64,000 bases of DNA from assembly GCA_001774685.1 (NCBI GenBank), contig MFAS01000001.1, positions 159,557 to 223,556 on the forward strand. The letters are read 5' to 3'. A model generated the notes under the pieces. It was not told the DNA's origin and did no database searches. It saw only the letters and a list, made by a program, of their open reading frames with translations. Positions 19,577 through 29,889 of the stretch are shown here, one piece after another. Both the position numbers and the translations under genes were made by a program. Origin of the DNA: Candidatus Collierbacteria bacterium RIFOXYD2_FULL_45_13 (GTDB taxonomy: Bacteria > Patescibacteriota > Microgenomatia > UBA1400 > MFAQ01). The number at the start of each line of letters is the position of its first letter. Within the stretch, counting starts at the first letter, position 1.

Positions 19577-21553
19577 TCACCCGAGACCCAATAAGCGTGC
19601 GTAGGCACCAGCTATCTTCGTCATTGCCGGGAACTCAGCTCTTTTTGCCTCGCTCATCCTCCAAACCTCTACTACTGCTCTAAGTTGCATCATCAGGTCC
19701 TTAGATTTACCTGGAGCAGCTTTCTCCATATCCGTCAAGAACTTCCTTATTTTTATCCCCTCAGCCTCGAGTGAAGCAAGAACAGGCTCCTTTGCCCCTT
19801 CGTCAACCAGCTCAGATAGTTGAATTAACATATTTTCAACACTAACTTTTTTGTTCTCTTTACTTTCAACCACAGGCCTAGCTTCAACAGCTTTCATTCC
19901 CTTTGCCTCCTCCGAATCCGGCAGATATGGAACCCCACCCTCTCTAATTTTCATTCTTTTTAACCACTCGACAATCTGTTCCCTATTTTCCCACTTTATC
20001 GAAGTACCTTCTAGTTTATATGGATACGTTACCTCTTTGTCAGACAACAACAACTCCGCTGCGTTTCTCAACCATTGTCTATTTTGATATGCTTGTTCCA
20101 TACTTGGGTCAAAGGAAATACTCGGTATATCAGCTCCCCGACGTATAAGATATTGTCTGATTTCTTCACTCCTCGCGGGATCTGTCCCTAAAACAGTAGC
20201 AGCTACTATATCCCCCAAGATGCCGTCATACCAAACTAAATTATCATTTTTCTCTCCCTCTTTGGTTCCTGTTTCCTCATCTATCCCATGCCCCTGTCCA
20301 AGACGTTTTTTAATCTCACCGTATAGCATCATCCATTTATAAAATTTCTCTAAGTTATTTCCTAAAAATACTTTTAGGTCTTTACTCATGGAAGCAATGT
20401 CATAATTTTCAGATTGTCTCTGAATTTCTGCTATAAGTTTTTGTATCTTTTTTCCTTCAACACCTCCAAGGTCTTTAGAATAAACTATCCCTAGTGTTGA
20501 AACATCAACTTTCGTATCTACGCCGATTACATTCAGATTGTACCCTCTACTTATTAGTCTCCTCACAGCCGCCAATCTCTCCGCATCACCAAACCGTAAA
20601 TCTCCCAACTGCTGGCGCATACTCTCATTCATGGGAACATTACCCAAGATCTTCAAAGCGGGAACCGGATCAACAAAAGAGGATTCGTCGCTAATCCTTA
20701 ACTCTGCCTTATCAACAATTCCGATATTTGTTATAGATGCTGTCTCTTTGAGCAGAGAATCTGCTGATGTTTGCTTCTCATCCGCCGGATGCTCACCTTT
20801 TTGTAGCAACATTCTCCGCGCTTCCCTCAAATCTTCTAGGTTAACTCTCGATTCAGATATGAGCGAAGTGTTTTCTTTCCAATCCAAAGGCTCTTCTGTT
20901 TCCAGATTCAAATATTTTTGTATCTCCAGCGTCATCCTTCGCCCATCCTCAAATCTCCTAACCGGCTTCCCTTCGCTACCAGCTCTGTCACTGGGTTTTG
21001 TCAACCACTTAATATGGAATTTCTTTATCCTTTCTTTTGCACCATTCCAAGCTTCAGGCGAAGCACTAACTTCATTTCTTTCTGGGTAAATTATCTTCAG
21101 GTCACCAACAAGTTGTGTTGCATAATATTCTGCACTATCAGCTTCCTTTGTCTCAGGCGCTCTATCAAATTCTTTAACTTCTGAGGTTATCACTCGTGGA
21201 GAACCAGTCTTTATTTCTACAGTACGGACATCACTACCACCCGTATCTGACATCACAACTTCAGCTATTCTTTGGCCGCCCTTTTGGCTACCTGTTTTTT
21301 CAACCACTTCCGGAATATCCTTATCTTCTTCGGCCAGGCTTCGCAAAGAAACCTTCTTTTTGTCAGGTTTTTTCTTTGTTGGAGCTATATTTCTAGCCTC
21401 CTCTTCTATCCTTAATCTCTCGGCTTTTGCTTCTTCAGATTCTACTAAGCCTTTTGGAACATCAGCCACCACAGATTGCCCTCCACTAGATTTTTCCAAT
21501 ATTTTTTTAAATCTATCTAATCGTGATTGTGTCGGTTCACTTGCTGGTGGCAT
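19577..21553 (-). CDS. Large soluble hypothetical protein (658 aa)
   Basis: Long E/K-rich ORF with disordered N-terminus; no signal peptide or TM. Confidence 0.85.
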   Translation of the reverse strand: MPPASEPTQSRLDRFKKILEKSSGGQSVVADVPKGLVESEEAKAERLRIEEEARNIAPTKKKPDKKKVSLRSLAEEDKDIPEVVEKTGSQKGGQRIAEVVMSDTGGSDVRTVEIKTGSPRVITSEVKEFDRAPETKEADSAEYYATQLVGDLKIIYPERNEVSASPEAWNGAKERIKKFHIKWLTKPSDRAGSEGKPVRRFEDGRRMTLEIQKYLNLETEEPLDWKENTSLISESRVNLEDLREARRMLLQKGEHPADEKQTSADSLLKETASITNIGIVDKAELRISDESSFVDPVPALKILGNVPMNESMRQQLGDLRFGDAERLAAVRRLISRGYNLNVIGVDTKVDVSTLGIVYSKDLGGVEGKKIQKLIAEIQRQSENYDIASMSKDLKVFLGNNLEKFYKWMMLYGEIKKRLGQGHGIDEETGTKEGEKNDNLVWYDGILGDIVAATVLGTDPARSEEIRQYLIRRGADIPSISFDPSMEQAYQNRQWLRNAAELLLSDKEVTYPYKLEGTSIKWENREQIVEWLKRMKIREGGVPYLPDSEEAKGMKAVEARPVVESKENKKVSVENMLIQLSELVDEGAKEPVLASLEAEGIKIRKFLTDMEKAAPGKSKDLMMQLRAVVEVWRMSEAKRAEFPAMTKIAGAYARLLGLG

Positions 21554-21682
21554 CTCACTCTCATCTTAACATTTTCACCCTTCAGACATATACAATATTT
21601 TTCCCAAATCTCACCAGACACGATATACTTAACTAGACTCATCGAACCAGCAACCAACAACTTAAGAACTTCTCACCAAGAC

Positions 21683-22600
21683 ATGGCCATTCAACAACAT
21701 CCACTACCGCAAGACATCAGCTCCTATCGCTTTCGCTTGATCGGTGACATGACCATCAAGCAGTTCGCTTCGCTGGGTATCTCCATTGTTGTTGCCGTCA
21801 TTGTTTATAGCCTTCCCTTACCCTTCTTTTTCAAATACCCGCTCTCTTTTATCTTTATCGTTCTCGGAGTCGGTATGGCTTTTGTTCCTGTTCAGGGACG
21901 CTCCTTAGATGTCTGGATCCTCGCCTTTATCCGTTCCATCTATTCCCCTACCCAATATGTCTGGAAACGCTCCAAGGATATTTCCGAAGAGATGACACTC
22001 CCCACCGGACCTCTTGTGGGAACTCAAGCGGTGTCCAACGCCAGAATAGAGCTCACTACCGCTTCACCAAACGCTCCGATTGTCTCCATTACCCCCGCTT
22101 CCGCTCCCCAAGCTCCGACTCCATCAATCTCTACGGAGCCCCCCCTTGTCGCTCCATCAACCTCTCCTGTGTCGATCACCCCCCCACCGGTTTCTCCTGT
22201 CCAAACAGAACAACCTCTTTCTGTACCCTCTTCACATCCAATATCTGATTCCACTTTAAACCCTACGGCCACGGCGACAACAACCAGCCTCTCTGCACCA
22301 ACCACTCCCCAAGTCGCCCAGCTTCCAATTCCTTTCACCCCCACCACTCCCAACACCCTTGTTGGTTTGACTCTTACACCCGAAGGAAAAATACTTGACG
22401 GAGTTCTGGTAGAAATTCAACACAATGGCCTTACTTCTCGAGCCACCAAAAGTAACAAACTCGGTCAGTTTATGTTTGCCCGTCCTCTGGAAAATGGCCT
22501 CTATCAAATCCTGGCCGAAAAAGAAGACTATACTTTCTCCCCCTATTCTCTAGATCTTACTGGCGAAATTATCCGACCTCTCAAAGTACAAGCAATCTAA
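21683..22600 (+). CDS. PrgI-family (VirB3-like) protein with Pro-rich linker and C-terminal beta-sandwich
   Basis: QHPLPQDISSYRFRLIGDMTIKQF, 2 TMs, AF..VQGRSLD.W; C-terminal RATKSNKLGQF...LENGLY. Confidence 0.85.
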   Translation: MAIQQHPLPQDISSYRFRLIGDMTIKQFASLGISIVVAVIVYSLPLPFFFKYPLSFIFIVLGVGMAFVPVQGRSLDVWILAFIRSIYSPTQYVWKRSKDISEEMTLPTGPLVGTQAVSNARIELTTASPNAPIVSITPASAPQAPTPSISTEPPLVAPSTSPVSITPPPVSPVQTEQPLSVPSSHPISDSTLNPTATATTTSLSAPTTPQVAQLPIPFTPTTPNTLVGLTLTPEGKILDGVLVEIQHNGLTSRATKSNKLGQFMFARPLENGLYQILAEKEDYTFSPYSLDLTGEIIRPLKVQAI

Positions 22601-22602
22601 AC

Positions 22603-23253
22603 ATGCCTGAAAACATCAAGTCATCGACCCAGGAAAGTCTCGATATTTACACTATCAAAAATCATCTTGTCTTTTTAAAAGACGGCTCTTGTTCGCTTGT
22701 CCTAAAAACTACAGCTATCAACTTCAATCTGCTTTCCGAAGAAGAGCAAGATGCCACTATCTATGGCTATGCCGGCTTACTGAACTCACTCTCTTTCTCT
22801 ATACAAATTCTTATCCGATCTCAACGAAAAAATATTTCCGATTATATTAATTTGTTAGACAATCGTATTCAGATTACTCCATCTCAAAAAGTCAAAGAGC
22901 AACTTCTTTCCTACCGTCAATTTGTCAAATCTCTCGTCAAAGAAAACCGTGTTCTGGAGAAAAAGTTTTATGTCATCGTTTCCTTTTCGGCTATCGAATT
23001 GGGTGTCACCAAATCAACCTTTAATCCCATGGCCAAAACCACCCAAAAACCTCCTTTTGACATCTCCTACATTGAAGAAAAAGCTTCGATGGCTCTCTAT
23101 CCTCGGCGCGATCACATTATTCGTCAGTTCGCTAGAATCGGACTCAAGGCCAGCCAGCTCACCACAAGCGAATTGGTGACTTTGTTTTACACTATTTATA
23201 ATCAAGGCAGTGTCACTCAGGCCATCACCCCGGGCAGATCCAACGCCTCCTAA
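22603..23253 (+). CDS. T4SS-associated protein resembling the VirB4/TraC N-terminal region
   Basis: STQESLDI..IK...V.LKDG, INFNLLSEEEQDA.I..Y..LLNSL.F.IQILIRS; between PrgI and VirB4. Confidence 0.75.
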   Translation: MPENIKSSTQESLDIYTIKNHLVFLKDGSCSLVLKTTAINFNLLSEEEQDATIYGYAGLLNSLSFSIQILIRSQRKNISDYINLLDNRIQITPSQKVKEQLLSYRQFVKSLVKENRVLEKKFYVIVSFSAIELGVTKSTFNPMAKTTQKPPFDISYIEEKASMALYPRRDHIIRQFARIGLKASQLTTSELVTLFYTIYNQGSVTQAITPGRSNAS

Positions 23254-23282
23254 AACCTGTCGTCTTCAGTTATACTTAATTC

Positions 23283-25175
23283 ATGGCTTTGAACCTTTTT
23301 TCTCTTGGCAAAAAACAAAGCGTACCGCCTGCTACTGCACCTGTCTCTACACCGGTTCCTAACGTTACATCAACAAACTCTTCTTCCGTCGATCAAAAAT
23401 CTGCCGCCTCCAGTCAATCCATCCAAGATATTATTGCCCCCTCTGCCGTTGAAGTCGATTTTTCTCATATCAAAATCGACGATGTCTATATCCGCACCCT
23501 CTTCGTCACCGGCTACCCTCGCTATGTCTCCGCCAACTGGTTATCCCCCCTGGTCAACTTCAATCACTCTTTAGACATTTCCATGTTTGTCTACCCTTCA
23601 GATTCCAAGGATACCTTAGAGAGTCTCAGGAGACGCATCGCCGAGATGGAAGCGGAAATTAATACCGATATCGAACGAGGCCGCATCCCCCGTGCCGCCA
23701 CCGAAGCGGGCTTGGAAGACGCTAAAGTTCTCCAATCACAGCTGGTCAAGGGAGCCGAAAGATTTTTCCAGTTCTCTCTATATATCAGCATCTCCGCTGA
23801 TTCCGAAAAAGAACTAAACACCTCCACCGCTCAGATTCAGTCCATGTTGGCTTCTCTCTTGATTATCAGCAAAATTGCTTCCCTCTCTATGGAAGATGCT
23901 TTCAAAAGCACCCTTCCTTACTGCAAGGACAAGCTGATGTTAACGAGAAATATGGACACGACGGCTCTCTCTACTACTTTTCCTTTTACTTCCTCAGAAC
24001 TTTCTGATAACCAAGGGATTCTTTACGGCGTCAATGCCCACAACGACTCCCTGGTTATCTTCGACCGTTTCTCTCTGGAAAATGCCAACATGCTGATACT
24101 GGCCACTTCCGGTGCCGGCAAGTCATACGCTGTCAAGCTCGAGATCCTTCGCTCTCTGATGTTCGACTGTCAAGTCATTATTCTCGATCCTGAAAACGAG
24201 TATGAGATGGTCACTAAGTCTGTCGGCGGCAACTATCTCTCTTTTTCTACCAGCTCTCAACACAAAATTAATCCTTTCCAGATAGCCCGCCCCAAAGAAA
24301 GTACCGAAGATGAAATGGGTTATAAATATCTTTTTCTCATGTCTCTCCTCAAGATCATGATTGGCCAGATGGACCCTATCGAAGAGGCTACTATGAATAG
24401 GGCTCTCGTCCTGACCTATCGTCAAAAAGGCATTACCGAAGACCCAGCCACCCATACTCTCGAACCACCTCGCATGGAAGATCTTTATCGCTCTCTTATT
24501 GGTATGGAAGAATCAGTCAGTAAAACATTGGCCGCCAGACTCGAGCGGTTTGTCATGGGTGCCGTCAAGGGAATTTTCGACCAGCAAAGCAATATTGACA
24601 TCAACGCTCCCATCACCGTTTTTACTCTTCGAGATACCGCCGATGAGATTCGGCCCATCATCATGTTTATGATTCTGGACTTTGTCTGGAATGAAGTGCG
24701 AAAAAATCTTCGCAAAAGAATGCTTGTCGTCGATGAGGCCTGGTACCTCATGCGTTACGAAGACTCTGCCAAAATTCTTCAGGGCTTCGTTAAACGCGCA
24801 CGTAAGTATTACTTCGGTGTATCTATCATTTCTCAGAACGTTGATGACTTTCTTGGTTCGGCTTATGGTAAAGCCATTATCACGAACTCCGCCCTCAAAC
24901 TACTCCTCAAACAGTCATCCGCTGCCATCAACCAGATCTCCGAAGTTTTCTATCTTTCTCAAGGCGAAAAACAACTATTACTTTCGGCCGGAGTCGGAGA
25001 GGGTATTTTCTTTGCCGGTATGAACCACGTCGCCATCAAAATTATTTCCTCCGCCGATGAACATGCCTTAGCCACCAGTAAGCCTGCAGAAATTTTGGAA
25101 AGACAGAAACAAGAAAAAGCCCAAGCAGCCGCCGAAGCCGCTTCCCAAATACAACCACAGCTAAGTAATTCCTAA
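23283..25175 (+). CDS. virB4: VirB4-like T4SS ATPase
   Basis: Walker A ATSGAGKS, ILDPENEY, INPF, Walker B LVVDEAW, RARKY, SQ motif. Confidence 0.9.
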   Translation: MALNLFSLGKKQSVPPATAPVSTPVPNVTSTNSSSVDQKSAASSQSIQDIIAPSAVEVDFSHIKIDDVYIRTLFVTGYPRYVSANWLSPLVNFNHSLDISMFVYPSDSKDTLESLRRRIAEMEAEINTDIERGRIPRAATEAGLEDAKVLQSQLVKGAERFFQFSLYISISADSEKELNTSTAQIQSMLASLLIISKIASLSMEDAFKSTLPYCKDKLMLTRNMDTTALSTTFPFTSSELSDNQGILYGVNAHNDSLVIFDRFSLENANMLILATSGAGKSYAVKLEILRSLMFDCQVIILDPENEYEMVTKSVGGNYLSFSTSSQHKINPFQIARPKESTEDEMGYKYLFLMSLLKIMIGQMDPIEEATMNRALVLTYRQKGITEDPATHTLEPPRMEDLYRSLIGMEESVSKTLAARLERFVMGAVKGIFDQQSNIDINAPITVFTLRDTADEIRPIIMFMILDFVWNEVRKNLRKRMLVVDEAWYLMRYEDSAKILQGFVKRARKYYFGVSIISQNVDDFLGSAYGKAIITNSALKLLLKQSSAAINQISEVFYLSQGEKQLLLSAGVGEGIFFAGMNHVAIKIISSADEHALATSKPAEILERQKQEKAQAAAEAASQIQPQLSNS

Positions 25176-25177
25176 CC

Positions 25178-27709
25178 ATGGCCAATCACGAACAGGACAT
25201 CTATGATCTTGGACAGGTTCAAAAATATTTTCCAAAAAAATTAGAGGATCTTTCAGAACAAGAAAGAGCAGAGGCCTTACGACTTTTCAGTATAGGAGCT
25301 GGGTTTTATAACCAGTTTTTTCGAAAAGGTTCCGGTCACAAAGTAACCCCCTATACTTTTCAAAAAGAAGCCTCACCGGACGAAATTCAGCAAATCATAA
25401 ATTATTTGTCGAAAGAAGAGGAGGAGGAAACCAAAAAAACCAAAACTCCGGCCAAAGAAGAGTCGTCGGTTCCACCGGAGATCGAAGGTCTTGTCGAAGA
25501 ATACCGTCAAAATCAAGAACGTCTAAACGAAGAAGAGGTCAAATCCAGTGGTCAACGCACCGTCGCCGAACAAGTCAAAATTGCTCTCTCCCACTCCAAA
25601 ATCCGTGAGCAAATTATGGCCAATCGCCGAGAACGTGAAGCCGCAGGTGAAAAGTTTCAAGACCCAAACGAAGTAATCGTTAATCTGGGAGATCCAAAAA
25701 GCCAGAGTATCAACGCTGTTCTTTCCACCACCAAAAAAGCCATTGACTCTATCGCTTACACGTATCCTGGTTTTTCTTCTCTCTCAACTTCAGTTCAAAG
25801 ACAGGTCATCAACGATGCTGTTGACCTAAGTTTAGCTGGTATTGATGATTTAGACGTCGCTATTCAAACCGCCTCCATCCAACTAGGTGTTGATAGGATT
25901 CCCTCTAGCTACATTTCTGAGGTAGCTCGTGAGCTAAGTGATATAGAGAAAGATTCCGAAGAGCTGGAAGAAAGTCTTTCACAAAACGAATATGCCATTG
26001 ACAGTTTAAAAGCTAAAACCACACTATCTGACTCGGAACAACAGCAGTTAAATAAACTTCTTAAAGAAAATAACATTCTCACCTCCGGACTTAACAAGGC
26101 TTCTACCCGTTTCATCGATTTTGTCGATTCACAGAATGAAAGATATGGTCAATATCTTGCCGAAAAAAGGGACCACCTCAGAACCAACCCGGATCTGGAT
26201 GAACTTACCCTTGCCGCAAACACCAAAAGAGACAATCTTCACGAAAATCTTCTCAAAAACGGAGTTACTCCTAGAGGTTTTTCCGATCTGGACAAAATTG
26301 CCGGTTTGGTCACCGTCATTCAAAAAGACATTCCTGGCCTTCATCAATATGCCAGTTACGAAGGAGCTCAAGCCGCCGCCATCATTGGAGGAGGTCAGGG
26401 CCAGGCAATACTGGCCTATTCCAAAGGAGTCACCGGTGGAGTACTACGCCAAGCGGAAAAATATGCCGCTGCTAATCCCAATTCTGCTACAGCCAAATTT
26501 CTCGCCAACAATACTAAGGTTTTTCAAGCCGCCAGACGCTCCATTCGTGAAATAGAAAATTCCAAACTTGGAAAAGATGTTCTTCAGGCAGTCAGTAAGG
26601 GCAATCAAATCATCGGTATCGTCACCAATCCAGTCGGCGCTCTCAAACAATGGGCCGGTCAAAAAGCCGGCGAACAAATAGCTAAGAGGTTGGTTGAAAG
26701 ATTCGGGAGTGAGGCTCTCAAGAATGCCGCCAATCTGTTGTTGAAGGAGGGTCTCAAAGATGGAGTCAAAAAGCTAGCCTCTCAAGCTCTATCCAAAGTG
26801 GCTATCAAAGTTGCTACATGGGCGGCTTTAAAGTTAGGAATCAGTCTTACTGCCGAATCTTTGAACGCTATCATGCCCGGGCTAGGAGTTATTGTCGACA
26901 TTGTTGTTCAAGCCGTAATATATATCGCCGAAAAAACTATTGGTGCTGGCTATCAAGCCATGCAAAGTACGGCTAGAGAAATCTGGGGAGAGGAACTCAA
27001 ACCCCGCGATTTACTCGCTCCTCTGGCAGCATTGGGTGGACTCGCGGTTGCTCTATTTGGTACATTGAAGGCTGCTCAAAGAACCGCCCAAATAGCTGTA
27101 GTATCCGCCGCAGGTATCGTTATAGGATCTGTCAGTATTCTGTTAATTTATCTTTCTCTCGCCTTCCTAATTGCCCCCATGCTTTCCGCTTTGGTGCAAC
27201 TTGATAGTTTGGAGAAGGTTAAGTATTCCGAATATGCCGCGCCAGTCACCGCTACCAACTGTTCCAACGTACCTTGGCCCTTTTCAGACACTCATCCAAT
27301 TACACAAGGCCCTCGTCAAACAACTACCAGTTGTACCCACGCCGGCGACATCGCAGAATCTGCTGATTTCAGTGTCACTGTCGGAACTCCTATATTAAGC
27401 ATTTTCTCCGGAAAGATCGACTTCGCCGGATGGAGCGATGATGGCTATGGAAACAATGTTAAAATGACGGCAACCACCGACACGGGCACAAGCTTTACTG
27501 TCATTTACGGTCACTTCTCCAAAGTTTCAGTGACTACAGGTAGTACTGTTCAAGTTGGAGCTCAGTTGGGCTTATCGGGAAGCACTGGCTACAGCACAGG
27601 CCCTCATCTCCATCTCGGCTATCGTGGTATCGAATACAACTCGTGTCCTGCTGGCAATTTTAGAATTAACGAAAACTGTTGCACAACCGATACTTGCAAT
27701 CAGCCATAA
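25178..27709 (+). CDS. Large coiled-coil/TM protein with C-terminal M23 peptidase (VirB1-analogue candidate)
   Basis: H......ADF, YGHFS, GYSTGPHLH M23 motifs after hydrophobic segments. Confidence 0.85.
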   Translation: MANHEQDIYDLGQVQKYFPKKLEDLSEQERAEALRLFSIGAGFYNQFFRKGSGHKVTPYTFQKEASPDEIQQIINYLSKEEEEETKKTKTPAKEESSVPPEIEGLVEEYRQNQERLNEEEVKSSGQRTVAEQVKIALSHSKIREQIMANRREREAAGEKFQDPNEVIVNLGDPKSQSINAVLSTTKKAIDSIAYTYPGFSSLSTSVQRQVINDAVDLSLAGIDDLDVAIQTASIQLGVDRIPSSYISEVARELSDIEKDSEELEESLSQNEYAIDSLKAKTTLSDSEQQQLNKLLKENNILTSGLNKASTRFIDFVDSQNERYGQYLAEKRDHLRTNPDLDELTLAANTKRDNLHENLLKNGVTPRGFSDLDKIAGLVTVIQKDIPGLHQYASYEGAQAAAIIGGGQGQAILAYSKGVTGGVLRQAEKYAAANPNSATAKFLANNTKVFQAARRSIREIENSKLGKDVLQAVSKGNQIIGIVTNPVGALKQWAGQKAGEQIAKRLVERFGSEALKNAANLLLKEGLKDGVKKLASQALSKVAIKVATWAALKLGISLTAESLNAIMPGLGVIVDIVVQAVIYIAEKTIGAGYQAMQSTAREIWGEELKPRDLLAPLAALGGLAVALFGTLKAAQRTAQIAVVSAAGIVIGSVSILLIYLSLAFLIAPMLSALVQLDSLEKVKYSEYAAPVTATNCSNVPWPFSDTHPITQGPRQTTTSCTHAGDIAESADFSVTVGTPILSIFSGKIDFAGWSDDGYGNNVKMTATTDTGTSFTVIYGHFSKVSVTTGSTVQVGAQLGLSGSTGYSTGPHLHLGYRGIEYNSCPAGNFRINENCCTTDTCNQP

Positions 27710-27714
27710 CGATT

Positions 27715-28722
27715 ATGATAAAAATAAATACCCATCTTTCCAAAAAGACGATCCTATTCGGAACTGCTATCCTCTTGCCTCTCGTAATTCTCACAAGTTA
27801 TTACTTGGCCTCCCGAACATCAAAAAACCAAGCAGCAACCATCAATCCTGAACCTGTTTCCACCAAAGAATCCTCTCCTTCTGCCGATCAAAATCCTTTC
27901 CAGAACAAATCCACCAAGTTAGAAGTAAATTGGGAAAATGCCAAAATCAATTTTCAAAAAGGGAACTACCCTACGTACGAGACAACACCTATTATCAATG
28001 ATGTAAATGTCGACTCGTTTGCCTCAATTCTCGGTTTTTCCGGCACAGATAGAAAGACATTACCAGACAATGATGCAATCTGGAAAAAAGGAAAGGAAAC
28101 ACTCCTTTATATTTCATCGGAGAACACTTTGGATTATCAAAATGAAAAGGTCTATGTTGGACCTTCCAGATTCAACGAAGCCAACCTTATCAACCGGGCC
28201 AAACAATATGCCTCCAATCTGTTCTCTCATACGGAGCTAGTACCTTCTCCTGTTACCTATTTCGGGGATAATGCCTATGAGCCAAATATTACCAATGTCA
28301 ACAACTCACTCTTAGCCCAAATCAACTTTAACCAAACTATAGGCGGCCATCTTGTAATACCGGCCAATCTAAAATCAGAGTACTTCATTTCGTTGTTTAT
28401 TACCCCTGATCTAACTATTCAAACATTCAAAAGCTCTCCCGGCTATCAATCGGCCAGAATTGCTTCAGGGGCTTCACTGGCAGATTTTGATAAGCTTAAG
28501 ACTATTCCCGCTAACTATTTTAGAAAAATAACAAACATGCCATTAGAAATAGAATCTATCATTACTTTCTCCAAAAAACTATATTATTCTGTCTCCTCTG
28601 TTGACATTGCTTATACAATTATTGGCTCCAAGGCCGTACCTGTTTACTATATCGACGGCACTGTTTACGGAGATAACATAAAAGTCAGTGACCATGTTGT
28701 TTACTTGGCGCCCTTGAACTAG
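27715..28722 (+). CDS. Membrane-anchored extracellular hypothetical protein
   Basis: N-terminal TM, beta-rich domain; last gene of + strand T4SS run. Confidence 0.75.
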   Translation: MIKINTHLSKKTILFGTAILLPLVILTSYYLASRTSKNQAATINPEPVSTKESSPSADQNPFQNKSTKLEVNWENAKINFQKGNYPTYETTPIINDVNVDSFASILGFSGTDRKTLPDNDAIWKKGKETLLYISSENTLDYQNEKVYVGPSRFNEANLINRAKQYASNLFSHTELVPSPVTYFGDNAYEPNITNVNNSLLAQINFNQTIGGHLVIPANLKSEYFISLFITPDLTIQTFKSSPGYQSARIASGASLADFDKLKTIPANYFRKITNMPLEIESIITFSKKLYYSVSSVDIAYTIIGSKAVPVYYIDGTVYGDNIKVSDHVVYLAPLN

Positions 28723-29831
28723 TTCTGCGTCCTCACCGGCATCACCACCTGAATCCAGCCATCATCATCTTCTCGCTTAAAGACACTTGGCTTCAACTCT
28801 CCTTCAGTCTCCCATACCACCCTTTCACTATTATTCACTCCAAGGTAGTCTAGTAAATATCTGGCATTGAAAGCCACTGTCAGCCCGTCTCCTTCAACTT
28901 CCGTTTCGATCTCTGTTGAATTACTTCCAAGTTGGCTACTTTCAGCTTTTACGATTAGCTTTTCTCCTTCAATTGCCATCTTCACAATGTTGGCATTGTC
29001 CCTGGCAAACAAATTGGCTCTTTTGACGGCCTCTAATAGCTCTTCTCTGTTAAAGATGGCTTTTGTTGAATAGGTGTTCGGCATTATCTGTTGGTAGGGT
29101 GGAAACTCCCCTGCAATCAGTCGAGATGAGACTTCCATGTCGGCGATAGAAAATATTACCTGTTGATTATCTTTATCAAACTCAATTCCAAAAGAATCTT
29201 CTCCTGTTTCGGCCAACACTTTAGATACTTCCTGAAGAGACCTTGCCGGAAGAATAAACTTTGTGTTTTTCTCAACACTGGTTTTTACCACGTTAAGTTT
29301 GTCGACACATAGTCTATATCCATCCGTAGCCGCCAATACTGTTCTGTTTTCTTCCAAGCTCCAGAGAACTCCTGTCAACACCGGCCTAGTATCGTCCTTA
29401 GCCGCCGAAATACATACCCTATCCATCTTTTGCCGAAACTCACCACTCTTCAAAGTAATTTGAGTTTTCTTTGCTCTAGGAATGCTTGGAAAATCTTCCA
29501 CTCCTTGGCCTACCACCTCAGCATTAATTCCTTTCGCCAAGACTTTCAAAGAATTCTTTTCTGCCGAAAGAGTCACATTTCCTGCTGGCAGACTGGCAAC
29601 TAGTTCTCCAAAAAGTTTTGCGGGCACTACCATTTCACCTTCTTCGTCAATCTTGGCCGGTAACTTCACCCAAAAACTCACTTCCAAATCCGTTGACACC
29701 AAATTCACTTCATCCTTTGTTATTTTCAAAAGTACTCCCGAAAGAATTGGAAGCTGAGGTCTTACACCAATACCTCTATTTACAATTCCCAGATATTTCT
29801 TTAAATCCGTTGACTGTACAGTTATCTTCAT
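28719..29831 (-). CDS. dnaN: DNA polymerase III beta clamp
   Basis: PILSGVLL, STDLE, RPVLTGV, ATDGYRL, FNARYLLD, VMPVR. Confidence 0.97.
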   Translation of the reverse strand: MKITVQSTDLKKYLGIVNRGIGVRPQLPILSGVLLKITKDEVNLVSTDLEVSFWVKLPAKIDEEGEMVVPAKLFGELVASLPAGNVTLSAEKNSLKVLAKGINAEVVGQGVEDFPSIPRAKKTQITLKSGEFRQKMDRVCISAAKDDTRPVLTGVLWSLEENRTVLAATDGYRLCVDKLNVVKTSVEKNTKFILPARSLQEVSKVLAETGEDSFGIEFDKDNQQVIFSIADMEVSSRLIAGEFPPYQQIMPNTYSTKAIFNREELLEAVKRANLFARDNANIVKMAIEGEKLIVKAESSQLGSNSTEIETEVEGDGLTVAFNARYLLDYLGVNNSERVVWETEGELKPSVFKREDDDGWIQVVMPVRTQN

Positions 29832-29889
29832 TTGTTTCTAGTATACATAATCTTCATGGCCATTCCGACCGAATGTTTTATGACATTGT

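Noticed and set aside
5699-28722. Integrative conjugative element or prophage
   Set aside because: No integrase, relaxase, att repeats or phage structural genes; interleaved with core genes and same compositional signature
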